A stretch of 64,000 nt of DNA from Candidatus Hydrogenedentota bacterium (GCA_963668025.2 CAXXTH010000017.1:256001-320000), one strand, 5' to 3'; positions 1-10,458 are shown, counted from the first letter of the stretch. Translations and numbers: made by a program. The notes: generated by a model not told the origin, from the letters alone.

Positions 1-156
1 GAAGAATCCTTTGCGAAAGATGCCTTGGACCTGATGGAATCACGCAGCATCACCATTTTGCCGGTAGTTAACACTGCGGACGAGCCTATCGCGGCGCTGC
101 ATATGCATGATCTCGTGCGCGCGGGCTTAGCCACATGGACCGATCTGGGCGACTAA
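1..156 (+). CDS. C-terminal CBS domain of KpsF/GutQ (KdsD) arabinose-5-phosphate isomerase, 5'-truncated by window
   Basis: Frame 1 reads EESFAKDALDLMESRSITILPVV...LHMHDLVRAGL...*, a typical KpsF/KdsD C-terminus; lies directly upstream of kdsA. Confidence 0.8.
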   Translation, partial: EESFAKDALDLMESRSITILPVVNTADEPIAALHMHDLVRAGLATWTDLGD

Positions 157-189
157 ACGATAATATAGAAACGAAGGAAGTGTCTTGAC

Positions 190-963
190 ATGAAAAAACT
201 GCTCTTTATTGCCGGGCCATGTGTCATCGAAGACAAGGATATGGCGTTCGCCATCGCCCAGCGGCTGCGCGATATCACCGCCCGCCATGACGTGGATTTC
301 GTTTTCAAAGCCAGTTTTGATAAGGCCAACCGCACTTCCGTGGGCGCGTTCCGTGGGCCGGGCCTCAAAGAGGGCCTGCGTATTTTGGGCGATATACGTG
401 AACGGCTAGGCGTCCGCGTGCTCAGCGACATCCATACCCCCGAGCAGGCCGCTCCTGCTGGCGAAGTGCTGGATATGCTCCAGATACCCGCCTTTTTGTG
501 CCGCCAGACCGATCTGCTGGTGGCGGCAGGGAACACCGGCAAGCCCATTAACGTGAAAAAAGCCCAATTCATGGCCCCGGAGGATATGCAATACGCCGCG
601 GCGAAGGTGGCGAGCACCGGCAACACGCAGATATATCTCTGTGAACGCGGTGCGACGTTCGGCTACAACAATTTGGTGGTGGATTTCCGCTCGTTCAGCA
701 TCATGGCGGGCCTCGGATACCCGGTCATCTTCGACGCCACGCATTCGGTGCAGATTCCCTCACAAGGCGGGAAATCCTCTGGCAGGCGGGAATTCGTCTT
801 GCCATTGGTGCGCGCCGCCGCCGCATACGGCATCGACGGCCTATTCTGCGAAGCACACCCCGAACCGGATAAGGCCAAGTCGGATGCGGCGAATTGCCTG
901 CCTCTGGACAGTATCGATGGAATGCTCGAGCAAGTGCTGCGCATCCGGGCGTGCCTGGCGTAA
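190..963 (+). CDS. kdsA: 3-deoxy-8-phosphooctulonate (Kdo8P) synthase
   Basis: Motifs IAGPCVIE, FKASFDKANRTS, QIPAFLCRQTDLL, ERGATFGYNNLVVD, FDATHSVQ. Confidence 0.97.
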   Translation: MKKLLFIAGPCVIEDKDMAFAIAQRLRDITARHDVDFVFKASFDKANRTSVGAFRGPGLKEGLRILGDIRERLGVRVLSDIHTPEQAAPAGEVLDMLQIPAFLCRQTDLLVAAGNTGKPINVKKAQFMAPEDMQYAAAKVASTGNTQIYLCERGATFGYNNLVVDFRSFSIMAGLGYPVIFDATHSVQIPSQGGKSSGRREFVLPLVRAAAAYGIDGLFCEAHPEPDKAKSDAANCLPLDSIDGMLEQVLRIRACLA

Positions 964-966
964 GCG

Positions 967-2070
967 TTAGCGTTGTGGGGTGATTCGTTCCACGAACTCG
1001 AATCCCCAAAACGACCGCAGGCTGATGCGGAGCCGGTTGGGCTTGGGCGGCAGTTTGGTCCAGGCGGAAGGCTTTACGTTCAAGCCAAAGGCATCCAGTA
1101 CGCGTAGCCAGAATTCGGGCGTGGCGAAGGGATTCTCCATCGGCACAAACCGGCCTACATCTTGTCCTACACTATCCGGCTCCACAAAGAGGAATGGATA
1201 CGTGTGCAAATGATGGCCTGCCTTGCCCAGCGCCCGCGCCTCAATGGAGGTGCTGGAAGAGATGCTATACACCGCTTCGACATTTTCATGGGACATCAGA
1301 TAATAGAAATTCTCGTTGCGCACCGAACAGCGCGGCGAAAGGCTGCGCAAGACGGCGATATCGTTCGAATCCGGCAGGTTGGGATGCGGCTTGATGATCA
1401 GGTGGTCCACCTGCCGCAGCGCATCCTCCAGCGGGCCGGTAAAATCTTCCATGGAGAGAAAGCGGCCCTTGTGCATTAAGACGCGATCCCGGTCGTATTG
1501 CAGGGCGGCGATAGCGGTTTTGCCTTCGAGCGGCAGCCGGGGCAGGCGGTTCATGGCGGCCATTACCAAACCCGCCGCCACGGGGATGACATCGGGCGGC
1601 AGCATGAACGCGCGCAAGCGCTCATATGCGCCTGCGTGGCTGGTTTGCGCGCCGATAAACAAGTCATCCGCGAAACGAATCGGATGCAGGATAAAGTCCA
1701 GGTATGGAATATCCAAGGCGTCCATGGCACGCTTCATCACGGGCGGCAGCTCGAATCCAATCACCAGCGCATGCCGCAGGTGCAGCCAGCAGTATTGCAA
1801 GAGCGTCTCGGGGAGCGTGTCCGGGTCATACACGTGCGCCCACCCATCGAATCCTATGCGCTCGCCCATCGATTGGTATAGGCCCATGGCAAGGCTGCCG
1901 GTTTCCCGGGAAAAATCGATGCGGGTAACATCTAGCCCAGTGGCGAGTTGAACAGGCTGGCGCACGACGTGATGAAGCCAATGGATGCCCACATTGCGCC
2001 AGTTGTCCCGTGCGGAACGCGGGCGCAAGATGTCGCCGGTGATGATGACTTTTTTCACGGGGCGTGGCAT
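967..2070 (-). CDS. Putative KpsS/KpsC/GT99-like glycosyltransferase (candidate beta-Kdo transferase)
   Basis: QxxxD (LQYDRD), IIKPHP and SISSSTSIEARALGK motifs; paralogue of the adjacent gene; next to Kdo synthesis genes. Confidence 0.55.
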   Translation of the reverse strand: MPRPVKKVIITGDILRPRSARDNWRNVGIHWLHHVVRQPVQLATGLDVTRIDFSRETGSLAMGLYQSMGERIGFDGWAHVYDPDTLPETLLQYCWLHLRHALVIGFELPPVMKRAMDALDIPYLDFILHPIRFADDLFIGAQTSHAGAYERLRAFMLPPDVIPVAAGLVMAAMNRLPRLPLEGKTAIAALQYDRDRVLMHKGRFLSMEDFTGPLEDALRQVDHLIIKPHPNLPDSNDIAVLRSLSPRCSVRNENFYYLMSHENVEAVYSISSSTSIEARALGKAGHHLHTYPFLFVEPDSVGQDVGRFVPMENPFATPEFWLRVLDAFGLNVKPSAWTKLPPKPNRLRISLRSFWGFEFVERITPQR

Positions 2071-2078
2071 GTAAGGCC

Positions 2079-3206
2079 TTATCCTGTCGTGTGCGGAACC
2101 GAGCCATGGGAGAAGAGGGAATCCACAAATCGGTATTCCCCATCCATCCCGAGGCTGATGCGCGCCCGGTTCGGCTTGGGAGCGAACAAGTATCCGGTAT
2201 AAGGGGAAACAGTTAAACCCATGGCCCCCAGCGTTGTACGCCAGAAATCGGGCTCGTAAAAGATAAAGGGGATGGGCAGATAGGCGGCGCCATCATCTTG
2301 CGCGTCCGGGTTGTCCATAAAACGGAAGGGATATGCCTCGATGTGGACGCCTTGTTTCCCGAAGTAAGGCGCTTCGACGCATGCGCTTGATGTAATGCTG
2401 TATACGGCTTCGACTGCTTCGTGCGACAGCAGATAGTAGAAATTCTCGTTGCATACGGTGCAGCGCGGCTCGATGCTCGCGAGGCGGTCCGCTTCGGGCG
2501 CGTGCGGGTCCATGGGATGCGGCTTCACTAGCACGGCGTCATACGCCTGCATGATCTGGGCGAATGGCTCCGCATAATCAGCAAAAGATGCGAACGCGCC
2601 CTGGCGGATAAGCGTTCTTTCATGTACTGGCTGCAGGGCCGCAACGGCGGTCCTCCCTTTCAAGGGCAGACGGGGCAGGCGGCTCATGGCGGCTTGCACC
2701 CACCCGGCGGATAGGGCGATTTGCTCGATGGATATTCTTTCGCCGCCTATCGCGCTGAACGCTTCCGCTGAACTGCATCGGAATCCGAAAAGCAGGTCAT
2801 CGAGAAAACGCGCCGGATGCATGATGAACTCGATGTATGGGATGTCGAGCTGCTCGAAAGCATGGCGCATGAGGGGCGGCAGTTCGAAGCCCACCACTAG
2901 GCTTCCGCGAAACTGTTTCTCTAAATGCGCCAGCAACGCATCTGGCGGCTCCATCGCATATAGGCGCGCCCAGGAATCGATGTGCAATGGCAGGCCGAGC
3001 AGCTCATACACCGTTTGGGTGAACGAACCAGGCGATAGGTCAAATTCGAGCTTGTGGACTTCTAGATGCGCCGCGAGAGCGATGGGGCGCTGGATTAACG
3101 CATGCAGCCAGCGGGCATCTTTATTGCTTCCAGCATCGCCTCCGCAGGGAGGCTGGAATACATCCGCCATGGCGTAGGCGCGTTGTATGGATTTCGGCAT
3201 TTCCAC
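2079..3206 (-). CDS. Putative KpsS/KpsC/GT99-like glycosyltransferase, paralogue 2
   Basis: LQPVHE, LVKPHP, NFYYLLSHEAVEAVYSITSSACVEAPYFGK; colinear with the 967-2070 product. Confidence 0.55.
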   Translation of the reverse strand: MEMPKSIQRAYAMADVFQPPCGGDAGSNKDARWLHALIQRPIALAAHLEVHKLEFDLSPGSFTQTVYELLGLPLHIDSWARLYAMEPPDALLAHLEKQFRGSLVVGFELPPLMRHAFEQLDIPYIEFIMHPARFLDDLLFGFRCSSAEAFSAIGGERISIEQIALSAGWVQAAMSRLPRLPLKGRTAVAALQPVHERTLIRQGAFASFADYAEPFAQIMQAYDAVLVKPHPMDPHAPEADRLASIEPRCTVCNENFYYLLSHEAVEAVYSITSSACVEAPYFGKQGVHIEAYPFRFMDNPDAQDDGAAYLPIPFIFYEPDFWRTTLGAMGLTVSPYTGYLFAPKPNRARISLGMDGEYRFVDSLFSHGSVPHTTG

Positions 3207-3221
3207 GGAATCTCCGCTCGT

Positions 3222-3974
3222 TCAAGGAGCTGGTTCGGACGCCACCTCGGGGAAGATGGATATATGGGATACTTTGACGCCTAAAAGCCGGCTGTCTCGC
3301 GAATCTCTGAGTTCAGAGGGGCGTACGGTTTTCGGCGCAATCAGATCCAGCGTGAGAAAAGGCGCGGCGCATTCTTCAGCCAGGATGAACGAACCGCTGA
3401 ACACGTGCTTGTATTGTTGCTTCTGGCATGCCAGCGCGCATTCCAGATCATTCACATATAAGCGAAGTCCATCCGCCAGGCCAGGGGAAGCCTCGCCTAT
3501 CGTGGTGAATTCCACGGCATATGCCCCCTGGGGAAGCGGCGGCAGTACGAGCGAGGACACTCGGGCCGGGCCTGTCCACCTGCCTTCTTGTTCCGCATGA
3601 TGCCATCCCGTGCCCACAATGGGATTGCGCAGATTCAGCGATATAATCTGGCGGTTTGCGCCACAGAGAGCAGCGTTTGAGGCCTGCGCGCTTAAAGGAA
3701 AAGGAGGGCCCGCCACATGCGCGGAAGAGGTGGATACTGAAATCGCATAAAGCTGGGCACGCAATTCCGCCAGCAACTGGACCGTGGCTTTTATATCTAG
3801 CCCATTGACGCCATCTTTTTCCCGGACAATTTGCGCATACGCCAGGCGTTCGTATTCGGACAGCAATGCGGCGTATTCGGATGAGTCCAATTTATGGGGG
3901 GGCAATGCGGATGGCCTTTCCGGTAAAGAACAGCCATCGGTTTTACTTGGGCTGGTTGTTTCTTCAGAAGCCAC
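3222..3974 (-). CDS. Hypothetical protein with C-terminal beta-sandwich domain of the kind found in polysaccharide loci
   Basis: AAGGAG RBS before GTG at 3974; GWHHAEQEGRWTGP...DSRDSRLLGVKV pattern; co-oriented with the GT genes. Confidence 0.5.
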   Translation of the reverse strand: MASEETTSPSKTDGCSLPERPSALPPHKLDSSEYAALLSEYERLAYAQIVREKDGVNGLDIKATVQLLAELRAQLYAISVSTSSAHVAGPPFPLSAQASNAALCGANRQIISLNLRNPIVGTGWHHAEQEGRWTGPARVSSLVLPPLPQGAYAVEFTTIGEASPGLADGLRLYVNDLECALACQKQQYKHVFSGSFILAEECAAPFLTLDLIAPKTVRPSELRDSRDSRLLGVKVSHISIFPEVASEPAP

Positions 3975-4113
3975 TATGCGCTCCTTGTTATGCCAGATAG
4001 AGCGGCCTTTTTGCCGCCGCTGGAACTTGGAAAAGCAGAGCGAGGGCAAGCCCTCGCTCTGTTGTCATATTGGGTATTGTAATGCAGATGCGGCCTGCGC
4101 CGCCATCAAAACC

Positions 4114-5406
4114 TTAGCGGCGGCGGAACAGTCCGCGGCCTCGATGGCGGGGCGCATGCTTGGATTTTTGCTTATCCAGTTCATGTTCATGGAAAAGCGA
4201 CAACACCGGCACGGCCCCATCCCATTCCGTGCGGGGCAAATTGCGGCCTAACGCCTTTTCGATGGACTCGAGAGGCACGGCATCCTGCGGCGAAACGAAG
4301 GTGATCGCGTCTCCTTCCGTGTTGGCGCGGGCCGTACGACCGATGCGGTGAATGTAATCATCGGAATTCACCGGGATATCGAAGTTGATGACATGGCTGA
4401 TGCCATCCACATCGAGTCCTCGCGCCGCTACATCCGTCGCCACCAATATGGGGTATTTCCCGCTGCGGAACCCATCAAGGGCTTGCTGGCGTTGCTTTTG
4501 CGAACGGTCGCCGTGGATGGCCTGGGCCTTGAATCCCGCATGGTGCAGCGCTTTCGCGACGCGCTCCGTGCGGCTCTTGGTTCGCATGAACACCAGGGCC
4601 GAGGTAAAGGCGTTTTCTTCCAACAGCTTGACCAGCAGTTCATTTTTCTTATCCGCTTGGACGGTGTAGAGCACTTGCCGGACCATATCCACCGGTTTGG
4701 CGATGGAGCCTACTTCGATGCGTTCCGGGTCGTGAAGCATATCCTGGGCTAAGCGTTCGATTTCCGTGGGGAATGTCGCCGAATACATGAGGGTCTGGCG
4801 GCTCTCGGGGATGTCGTGCATGATCTTGCGGATATCCGGCAGGAAACCCATATCCAGCATGCGGTCCGCTTCGTCAAGGACCAGAATCTCCGTCTGCTTA
4901 AACGCGACGTTTCCACGGCCCATATGATCGAGCAAACGGCCTGGCGTGGCCACAATGACGTTGCAGCCCCGGCGTAACGCCCGCGCCTGCTGTTCCAGCC
5001 CCACGCCGCCGTAAATGCAGATGCTTCGGACGCCAAGCGCACGCCCGATCTCTTCAAACACCGAGTTGACTTGCAGTGCCAGTTCACGCGTCGGGACAAG
5101 CACCAGCATGGCGTTCCTCCCTTTGCGGCCCGCCGCGAGGCGAGTGAGAGCAGGCAAGACAAACGCAAGAGTCTTTCCCGTTCCCGTTTGTGCGATGCCA
5201 ACCACATCGCGGCCCTCGAGGGCCAGCGGAATAGTTTGCGCCTGCACGGGAGTAGGTACAGTGATTTTCTTTTTGCGCAGCACGCTCATGCAGCGCGGGT
5301 CGAGTTCGAATTGTTCAAAGGTAATCTCAGGCGCAGGTTCGCCGTTTGATTCAGCGGCGATGACTTCATCTTCTTGTTCTTGGACTAATGGTTTCTTTGG
5401 TTTCAT
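4114..5406 (-). CDS. DEAD-box RNA helicase (RhlE-like)
   Basis: AQTGTGKT, PTRELA, TPGRL, DEAD, SAT, ARGLD, HRIGRTAR; basic C-terminal tail. Confidence 0.95.
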   Translation of the reverse strand: MKPKKPLVQEQEDEVIAAESNGEPAPEITFEQFELDPRCMSVLRKKKITVPTPVQAQTIPLALEGRDVVGIAQTGTGKTLAFVLPALTRLAAGRKGRNAMLVLVPTRELALQVNSVFEEIGRALGVRSICIYGGVGLEQQARALRRGCNVIVATPGRLLDHMGRGNVAFKQTEILVLDEADRMLDMGFLPDIRKIMHDIPESRQTLMYSATFPTEIERLAQDMLHDPERIEVGSIAKPVDMVRQVLYTVQADKKNELLVKLLEENAFTSALVFMRTKSRTERVAKALHHAGFKAQAIHGDRSQKQRQQALDGFRSGKYPILVATDVAARGLDVDGISHVINFDIPVNSDDYIHRIGRTARANTEGDAITFVSPQDAVPLESIEKALGRNLPRTEWDGAVPVLSLFHEHELDKQKSKHAPRHRGRGLFRRR

Positions 5407-5556
5407 TGTGTTTGGTTATCTCGATTTTCCATAAAAATATGGTGAGGCGCTATCGCAATGCCACGCGGAGGAAGCAGATCGTGGAGGCCGGCGCCCGGAT
5501 GGCCAAGCGTTCAAGGTTACATCACCCTGTGCTCTTTCCATTTATCATCCTATGAG

Positions 5557-5585
5557 ATTATAATGCCTTACCCCAAAATAGTCAA
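5557..5585 (-). promoter_or_regulatory. Sigma70-type promoter of the helicase gene
   Basis: Minus strand TTGACT-17 nt-TATAAT, about 150 nt upstream of the ATG. Confidence 0.75.
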
Positions 5586-5654
5586 ATGGGCCTAAAGTAG
5601 CCGAATGTGGCGCTTGCCCCACCGCTCAAGGAATACGCTTATATAGTCCAGGCA

Positions 5655-5668
5655 TAACTATTTGATAT
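5655..5668 (+). promoter_or_regulatory. IHF-consensus site TAACTATTTGATAT, copy 1 of 4
   Basis: Matches YAAN4TTGATW; exact copies at 21720, 41258 (reverse complement) and 61716. Confidence 0.55.
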
Positions 5669-5703
5669 GCAATAGTTCACCTTCTTGGTGAAGCTGAGTC
5701 ATG

Positions 5704-5838
5704 TTCAACGCAGAGGCGCGGAGAACGCAACGTATCGCAGAGAATCCACTGTTCTCTATTCACGAATATGCGAATAAATGGTTCGAGAGTATTTTTCCTA
5801 CTTTGCGGATCTCTGCGTTCTCCGCGCCTTGCGTTGAA
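5704..5838. repeat. Long imperfect inverted repeat (intergenic palindromic element)
   Basis: ttcaacgcagaggcgcggagaacgca ... ctctgcgttctccgcgccttgcgttgaa. Confidence 0.7.
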
Positions 5839-6002
5839 AATGACCGTCAATATCAAGTTGTAAAAATATCAACTATAATACAACAATCTTATCCGGCGAG
5901 TTGAGGACTCCGTGAAGGCTGGTATTGGCAATAGGCTGCGGATTTATGCCAGAATGAAGCGAATCTTGAGGCTGGTTTTATCCATCAAAGGAGGGCGTAC
6001 AC

Positions 6003-8267
6003 ATGCAGGCAGTGATTATGGCGGGATTGCTGGTATTTTTTTCGGGCGTAAAGGTAAGCGATTTCCCTGGCCCCGTGGCGGAGGTGCAAGCAATCGGCGG
6101 CGTGCCCACGTTCACCGTCGACGGAAAGCCGTTTACGTCGCCTTGCTTCGAGACGTATGCGCCGGAGACGCATTATTTCGAGCAATTCGCCCAGGCCGGA
6201 ACGAAAATCTACAGTTTCAATATTGACGCCGGGGGGCATCCGTATAGCGGTGAGGAAGTATGGAAAGCGCCGGATACGTGGGATTTCTCGCTCATTGATG
6301 AGCGGATGAAGCGTGTGCTGGACGCCGATCCGGATGCGCTTATTATTCCGCGCATTTATATTGGGCTGCCCCAATGGTGGAACGAGGCGAATCCAGATGA
6401 ACTCATGGTGTTGAACACCGGCAAGACCACCTACGAGGAGCCGAATCCCAATCCCTCGGTGCCCAAAGGGAAGACGTTCCCGAGCATTGTCTCCGAGAAA
6501 TGGCGCGCCGGCCTCGATATGAGCCTGCGGAAAGTGCTCGAACACATTCACACCGGCCCGTATAAAGACCATATTTTCGGCTATCTCATCGCGGGCCTGG
6601 ATACGGAGGAGTGGTACCATTGGAGCAGCGGCTCGAACCAGCTCGAGGGATACTGCAAGCCCATGGAGCTGGCGTTCCAGAAATGGCTGCGCGCCCGGTA
6701 TAAGACGGATGAGGCGTTGCAACAGGCGTGGCGGCGGCCAGGGGCGGTGTTTGATGCCGTGAAGGTTCCCAGCTACGAATCACGCTATGACCGCGACAAG
6801 GCGACTTTCCGTAACCCTGAAACGCAGATGGATGTCATTGATTTTTATACGTTTTACAACGATATTGTGCCCGATACGATCGATTTCGCCGCGAAAATCA
6901 TAAAGGACTACACCAAAGGCACGAAAGTATGCGGGGCTTTTTACGGGTTTATGTTTGCCTTCCGTGGCGATCCCGAGTATGGCCATAATGGGCTCGAACG
7001 GTATCTGCAATCAGATAACCTCGATTTCATTTTCGTGACGGCCACCTACATCAACCGCAACTTCGCCACGGGCGGCACGTTCCAGCGCGGCCCGGCGCGT
7101 AGCATCATGCTCAACGGGAAGCTGTATTACCACGACTCAGACAGCATGTCGTTTGTGTCGCCCGAAGTGCTCAAGCGGATGAACTGGACAAAAGAAGTGC
7201 TGGATGAATGCCTGTTTTATCATGTCGAGATCACGGATTCAGCCCAGAAGAGCCGGTGGGTGTATCAGCGGGACGCGGGCTTCGCTTTGGCGAACGGATT
7301 CTATACCAGCTTCTTTGATCTGCATGGCGGCCATTTTGATCATCCGGAGTTAATGGATGAAATCGGGCGCTTAAACCGCATCATGGAGGCTTCCACGGAG
7401 TATCCGAGGGGATCAGCGGCGGAAATCCTCGTCGTATCCGACGAGCGTTCCTGTAATTATGCGACGATGATGAGCAAGTTGTTAGGCCAGGCCCTCACGG
7501 AACCCCAGTATGCGTTCATGCAACTCGGTGCGCCGGTGGACCAAATCCTGCTCCACGACCTGGAGAAGGTGGATACTTCGCCCTACAAGATGGCGGTGTT
7601 CCTCAATACGTACAATCTTACAGACCAGGACCGTGCGCTCATCCAGGAGAAACTGGCCAATAATGGCCGGCACTTGGTCTGGTGTTACACATCCGGCTTG
7701 TTCAACCAGGCCGATTCATCCGAATCGCTGATGTCCGATATCATGGGCATTCGGATGAAAGCCGCGGACGACCCGGCGTATATCGCGCCCCGTATCGAGC
7801 TTGCGGCCTCGGGAAAACAAGCATACGCGGACGCCTTGCGGCGTGCGGGCGATGTGATTGGACATCAAGACGCCTCGTGCCAAATGTATTACGCGGATGA
7901 TCCGGGCGCGGCGGTGATGGGCGTATTGACCGGAACGGATAAGCCCGCCTTCGTCGTAAAGGAGCAGGGCGATTGGACTTCGGTATATTCACTGACCGCC
8001 GCGCTGCCTGCTACAGCCTACCGGGAAATGGCGCGCATGGCGGGGGTTCATATTTATAACAACCATGACGACACCTTCTACGCTAACCAATCATTCATTA
8101 CCCTTCATGCGCGTGACGCTGGCGTACGGACAATCACCCTGCCTGGAAAACATACCGTGTATGACTTGATTTCAGGCCGTGAAGTGGCCCAGAACACTGC
8201 GGCGTTCACCCGCACGCTGGCGCAAGGCGAAACGCTGTTGCTGCGCGTGACGCCGCCGTTGCGCTAA
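6003..8267 (+). CDS. Secreted beta-galactosidase-like glycoside hydrolase (GH42-like/clan GH-A)
   Basis: 754 aa with N-terminal hydrophobic segment, WDFSLIDE, TEEW acid/base-like motif, AFQKWLRARY..EALQQAW, C-terminal AGVHIY; RBS GGAGG. Confidence 0.65.
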   Translation: MQAVIMAGLLVFFSGVKVSDFPGPVAEVQAIGGVPTFTVDGKPFTSPCFETYAPETHYFEQFAQAGTKIYSFNIDAGGHPYSGEEVWKAPDTWDFSLIDERMKRVLDADPDALIIPRIYIGLPQWWNEANPDELMVLNTGKTTYEEPNPNPSVPKGKTFPSIVSEKWRAGLDMSLRKVLEHIHTGPYKDHIFGYLIAGLDTEEWYHWSSGSNQLEGYCKPMELAFQKWLRARYKTDEALQQAWRRPGAVFDAVKVPSYESRYDRDKATFRNPETQMDVIDFYTFYNDIVPDTIDFAAKIIKDYTKGTKVCGAFYGFMFAFRGDPEYGHNGLERYLQSDNLDFIFVTATYINRNFATGGTFQRGPARSIMLNGKLYYHDSDSMSFVSPEVLKRMNWTKEVLDECLFYHVEITDSAQKSRWVYQRDAGFALANGFYTSFFDLHGGHFDHPELMDEIGRLNRIMEASTEYPRGSAAEILVVSDERSCNYATMMSKLLGQALTEPQYAFMQLGAPVDQILLHDLEKVDTSPYKMAVFLNTYNLTDQDRALIQEKLANNGRHLVWCYTSGLFNQADSSESLMSDIMGIRMKAADDPAYIAPRIELAASGKQAYADALRRAGDVIGHQDASCQMYYADDPGAAVMGVLTGTDKPAFVVKEQGDWTSVYSLTAALPATAYREMARMAGVHIYNNHDDTFYANQSFITLHARDAGVRTITLPGKHTVYDLISGREVAQNTAAFTRTLAQGETLLLRVTPPLR

Positions 8268-8308
8268 AAGGTTCAGGCATATAAGGGAAGCGCTTTACAT
8301 GAAAGCCT

Positions 8309-8352
8309 GGTTGAGCGCTGAATTTGGAGTGAAACCAAAACAGCGCTCAACC
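8309..8352 (+). terminator. Stem-loop after the GH gene (putative terminator)
   Basis: ggttgagcgctg...cagcgctcaacc 12-bp stem followed by a T-rich stretch. Confidence 0.5.
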
Positions 8353-8442
8353 GGATGATTTTTGTAACGCTTTTGTTTATACTATGTTGTAGAGTATGGA
8401 GAGGTGGAGCCGGGTATGGTGAGGGAAAGCAAAAATAAAGGA

Positions 8443-8472
8443 TTGACAAAAGAAAACGCTTTCCTTTATACT
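8443..8472 (+). promoter_or_regulatory. Sigma70 promoter with LacI-type operator in the spacer
   Basis: TTGACA-18-TATACT; GAAAACGCTTTC near-palindrome at 8452-8463; similar GGAAGCGCTTTAC at 8286-8298. Confidence 0.55.
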
Positions 8473-8630
8473 TTTAGTAGAACAACGGGCGTTTCCCATT
8501 CGACGCGCAAGGCCGCCGCGTCCAAGAAGGCCCGCGCAATCCATCCAGGCGAAATTGCCAAGGGGACGGTTGCTATTCATTACGTCATTTTTAGAGATGG
8601 AAAGAGAATCACATCACAGGAGGAGCAAAC

Positions 8631-9758
8631 ATGAGAACGCCAGCAAAGGACAAAGGGTTCACCCTCATTGAACTGCTTGTCGTCATCGCCATCATCGCTA
8701 TTTTAGCTGCCATCTTGCTTCCGGCGTTGGCGCGGGCGCGTGAAGCCGCGCGCCGTGCATCCTGCGCGAGCAACCTCAAGCAGTGGGGCATCATTTTTAA
8801 GATGTTCGCCGGTGAAAACAAGTCGCAAAAATTTCCGCAGAACAACCTATGGTGTATCGGGAATCAATGGGACACGTTTGGCGTGAACTCAATAGAGTTA
8901 TATCCCGATTACTGGAACGATCCGGCGATCATGGTGTGTCCATCGGATTCGCGCACTGTTGAAGCCGGGCAGGACTTCCCGGGGGGGTGGAAGCTGAGTG
9001 ATAGCATCATCGACGATATCAAGCAGATCAAGGAAAACAATGTGGAGGTTGGCGGCGGCTTCACGATGGCGGAAGCGTTGACAGCCGGTATTCTGTCTTG
9101 GCCGGTTTCCTACGTGTATATGGGGCACGCCTGCCGTTCGACGCAAGACATGGTTATGCTGTACTTCCAACTGCTGTCGGGCGGCGACTCTCTTGTAGAC
9201 TCGACCAAATCGATTGACTTCGGCAGCTATGCGATTGCCGGGCCAAGCCTGAAAAACGTTAATGCGCCCAGTGCATTTTGCGTCGCTTGGCCTACCGGCA
9301 TCGCGCTTAAGCTCCAACCCAATATGAATCGCGACACAGACTACAAACTGAATGACAGCGATTGGGCGGTGAGCTGGGATTATTGCGATGAAGATGGCAC
9401 GAAGTACAAGGGGTCCAGCCGGACGTTGAATCGGTTGAGGGAAGGTGTGGAACGCTTCTTCATTACCGATATTAATAATCCCGCTGCAGGCGCAGTGGGC
9501 CAGTCGACATTGATTACCATGTTTGATGCGTACGCATACAGCAATTCCACCATTATGGCGTTCAACAACCACGCTGATGCGGCGGGCGGCGCGACCATAC
9601 GTACGAACCATGTGCCGGGCGGCTCGAATGTGTTGTTCATGGATGGCCATGTGGAATTCCGGCGCTTCAAGCAGGGGCATCCGCTCGAGTTCAATGCATG
9701 GCCGGATGCGTCGTACGTTGCGCCGTTGGTGCAGGCTTGCATGGGTGGCGCTGGCTGA
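8631..9758 (+). CDS. Prepilin-type N-terminal cleavage/methylation protein, DUF1559 family with H-X9-DG C-terminal motif
   Basis: [41 protein letters not shown]; [18 protein letters not shown]; RBS GGAGGAG. Confidence 0.9.
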   Translation: MRTPAKDKGFTLIELLVVIAIIAILAAILLPALARAREAARRASCASNLKQWGIIFKMFAGENKSQKFPQNNLWCIGNQWDTFGVNSIELYPDYWNDPAIMVCPSDSRTVEAGQDFPGGWKLSDSIIDDIKQIKENNVEVGGGFTMAEALTAGILSWPVSYVYMGHACRSTQDMVMLYFQLLSGGDSLVDSTKSIDFGSYAIAGPSLKNVNAPSAFCVAWPTGIALKLQPNMNRDTDYKLNDSDWAVSWDYCDEDGTKYKGSSRTLNRLREGVERFFITDINNPAAGAVGQSTLITMFDAYAYSNSTIMAFNNHADAAGGATIRTNHVPGGSNVLFMDGHVEFRRFKQGHPLEFNAWPDASYVAPLVQACMGGAG

Positions 9759-9785
9759 GTTCTTCTACCTGCTCCAATGAACATG

Positions 9786-9820
9786 AAAGGGCCAAGCGCG
9801 CATATGCGCTTGGCCCCTTT
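9786..9820. terminator. Putative bidirectional terminator between convergent genes
   Basis: aaagggccaagcgc-gcatat-gcgcttggccccttt. Confidence 0.6.
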
Positions 9821-9834
9821 CGTAAACAAGAAAC

Positions 9835-10458
9835 TCAATCGGGAAATATCTCAGCATACGCATCAATGGAAACAACCGCATCCAGACTCACTTTGCTGGT
9901 GGGGAGGCTGCGTGGAGTGGCTTCGATTTCGAGTGTGGGGCATCCTTCGCCCGTATTGGCATCATTGGCCTGGATGAGGTCGAGGAAGTCCACGGTTCCG
10001 ACAGGCAGCAGCTCGATCACGGTTCCGAACCCATCATTATCCGAGGCCGCGCCAAGAATCACCGCCTGTTGTTCTACGCCGTTCACCGGCTTGGGGATAT
10101 AGCGCAGGGTGATGGCTGATAGAAACGAGAAATCGCCCTGCGTAGCGGTGAGCGCCGCGCCCGCAAGCTCAAACCGGCTCATACGCACCAGGCTGCTGAG
10201 ATCCACTCCCGCCGCCTCGGTGAATAGGGTGTTGATGTCCTCTTCGGAAAGGAGATTGCACAGCTCCTTGTCGAAGGTATAGCTTAGGCTGAGTTGCTTG
10301 CCGGATATCAGGTCTTGCGGGATGTCCATGGAACCTAAAGGGATATCGAGCCGGAAAGGCCCGATCTCGATGGGAGGCGCGGGGCATCCTGTCCACGCCA
10401 TGGTTAACATGACAACTAAACTCGAATATATCCAGGATTTTGTGGCATGCATATGCAA
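9835..10458 (-). CDS. Hypothetical lipoprotein
   Basis: Signal peptide with lipobox-like AWTGC; 207 aa. Confidence 0.6.
   Translation of the reverse strand: MHMHATKSWIYSSLVVMLTMAWTGCPAPPIEIGPFRLDIPLGSMDIPQDLISGKQLSLSYTFDKELCNLLSEEDINTLFTEAAGVDLSSLVRMSRFELAGAALTATQGDFSFLSAITLRYIPKPVNGVEQQAVILGAASDNDGFGTVIELLPVGTVDFLDLIQANDANTGEGCPTLEIEATPRSLPTSKVSLDAVVSIDAYAEIFPD

Noticed and set aside
8484-8575. Riboswitch in the DUF1559 leader
   Set aside because: Some GC-rich hairpins are present, but no known aptamer consensus could be matched by eye
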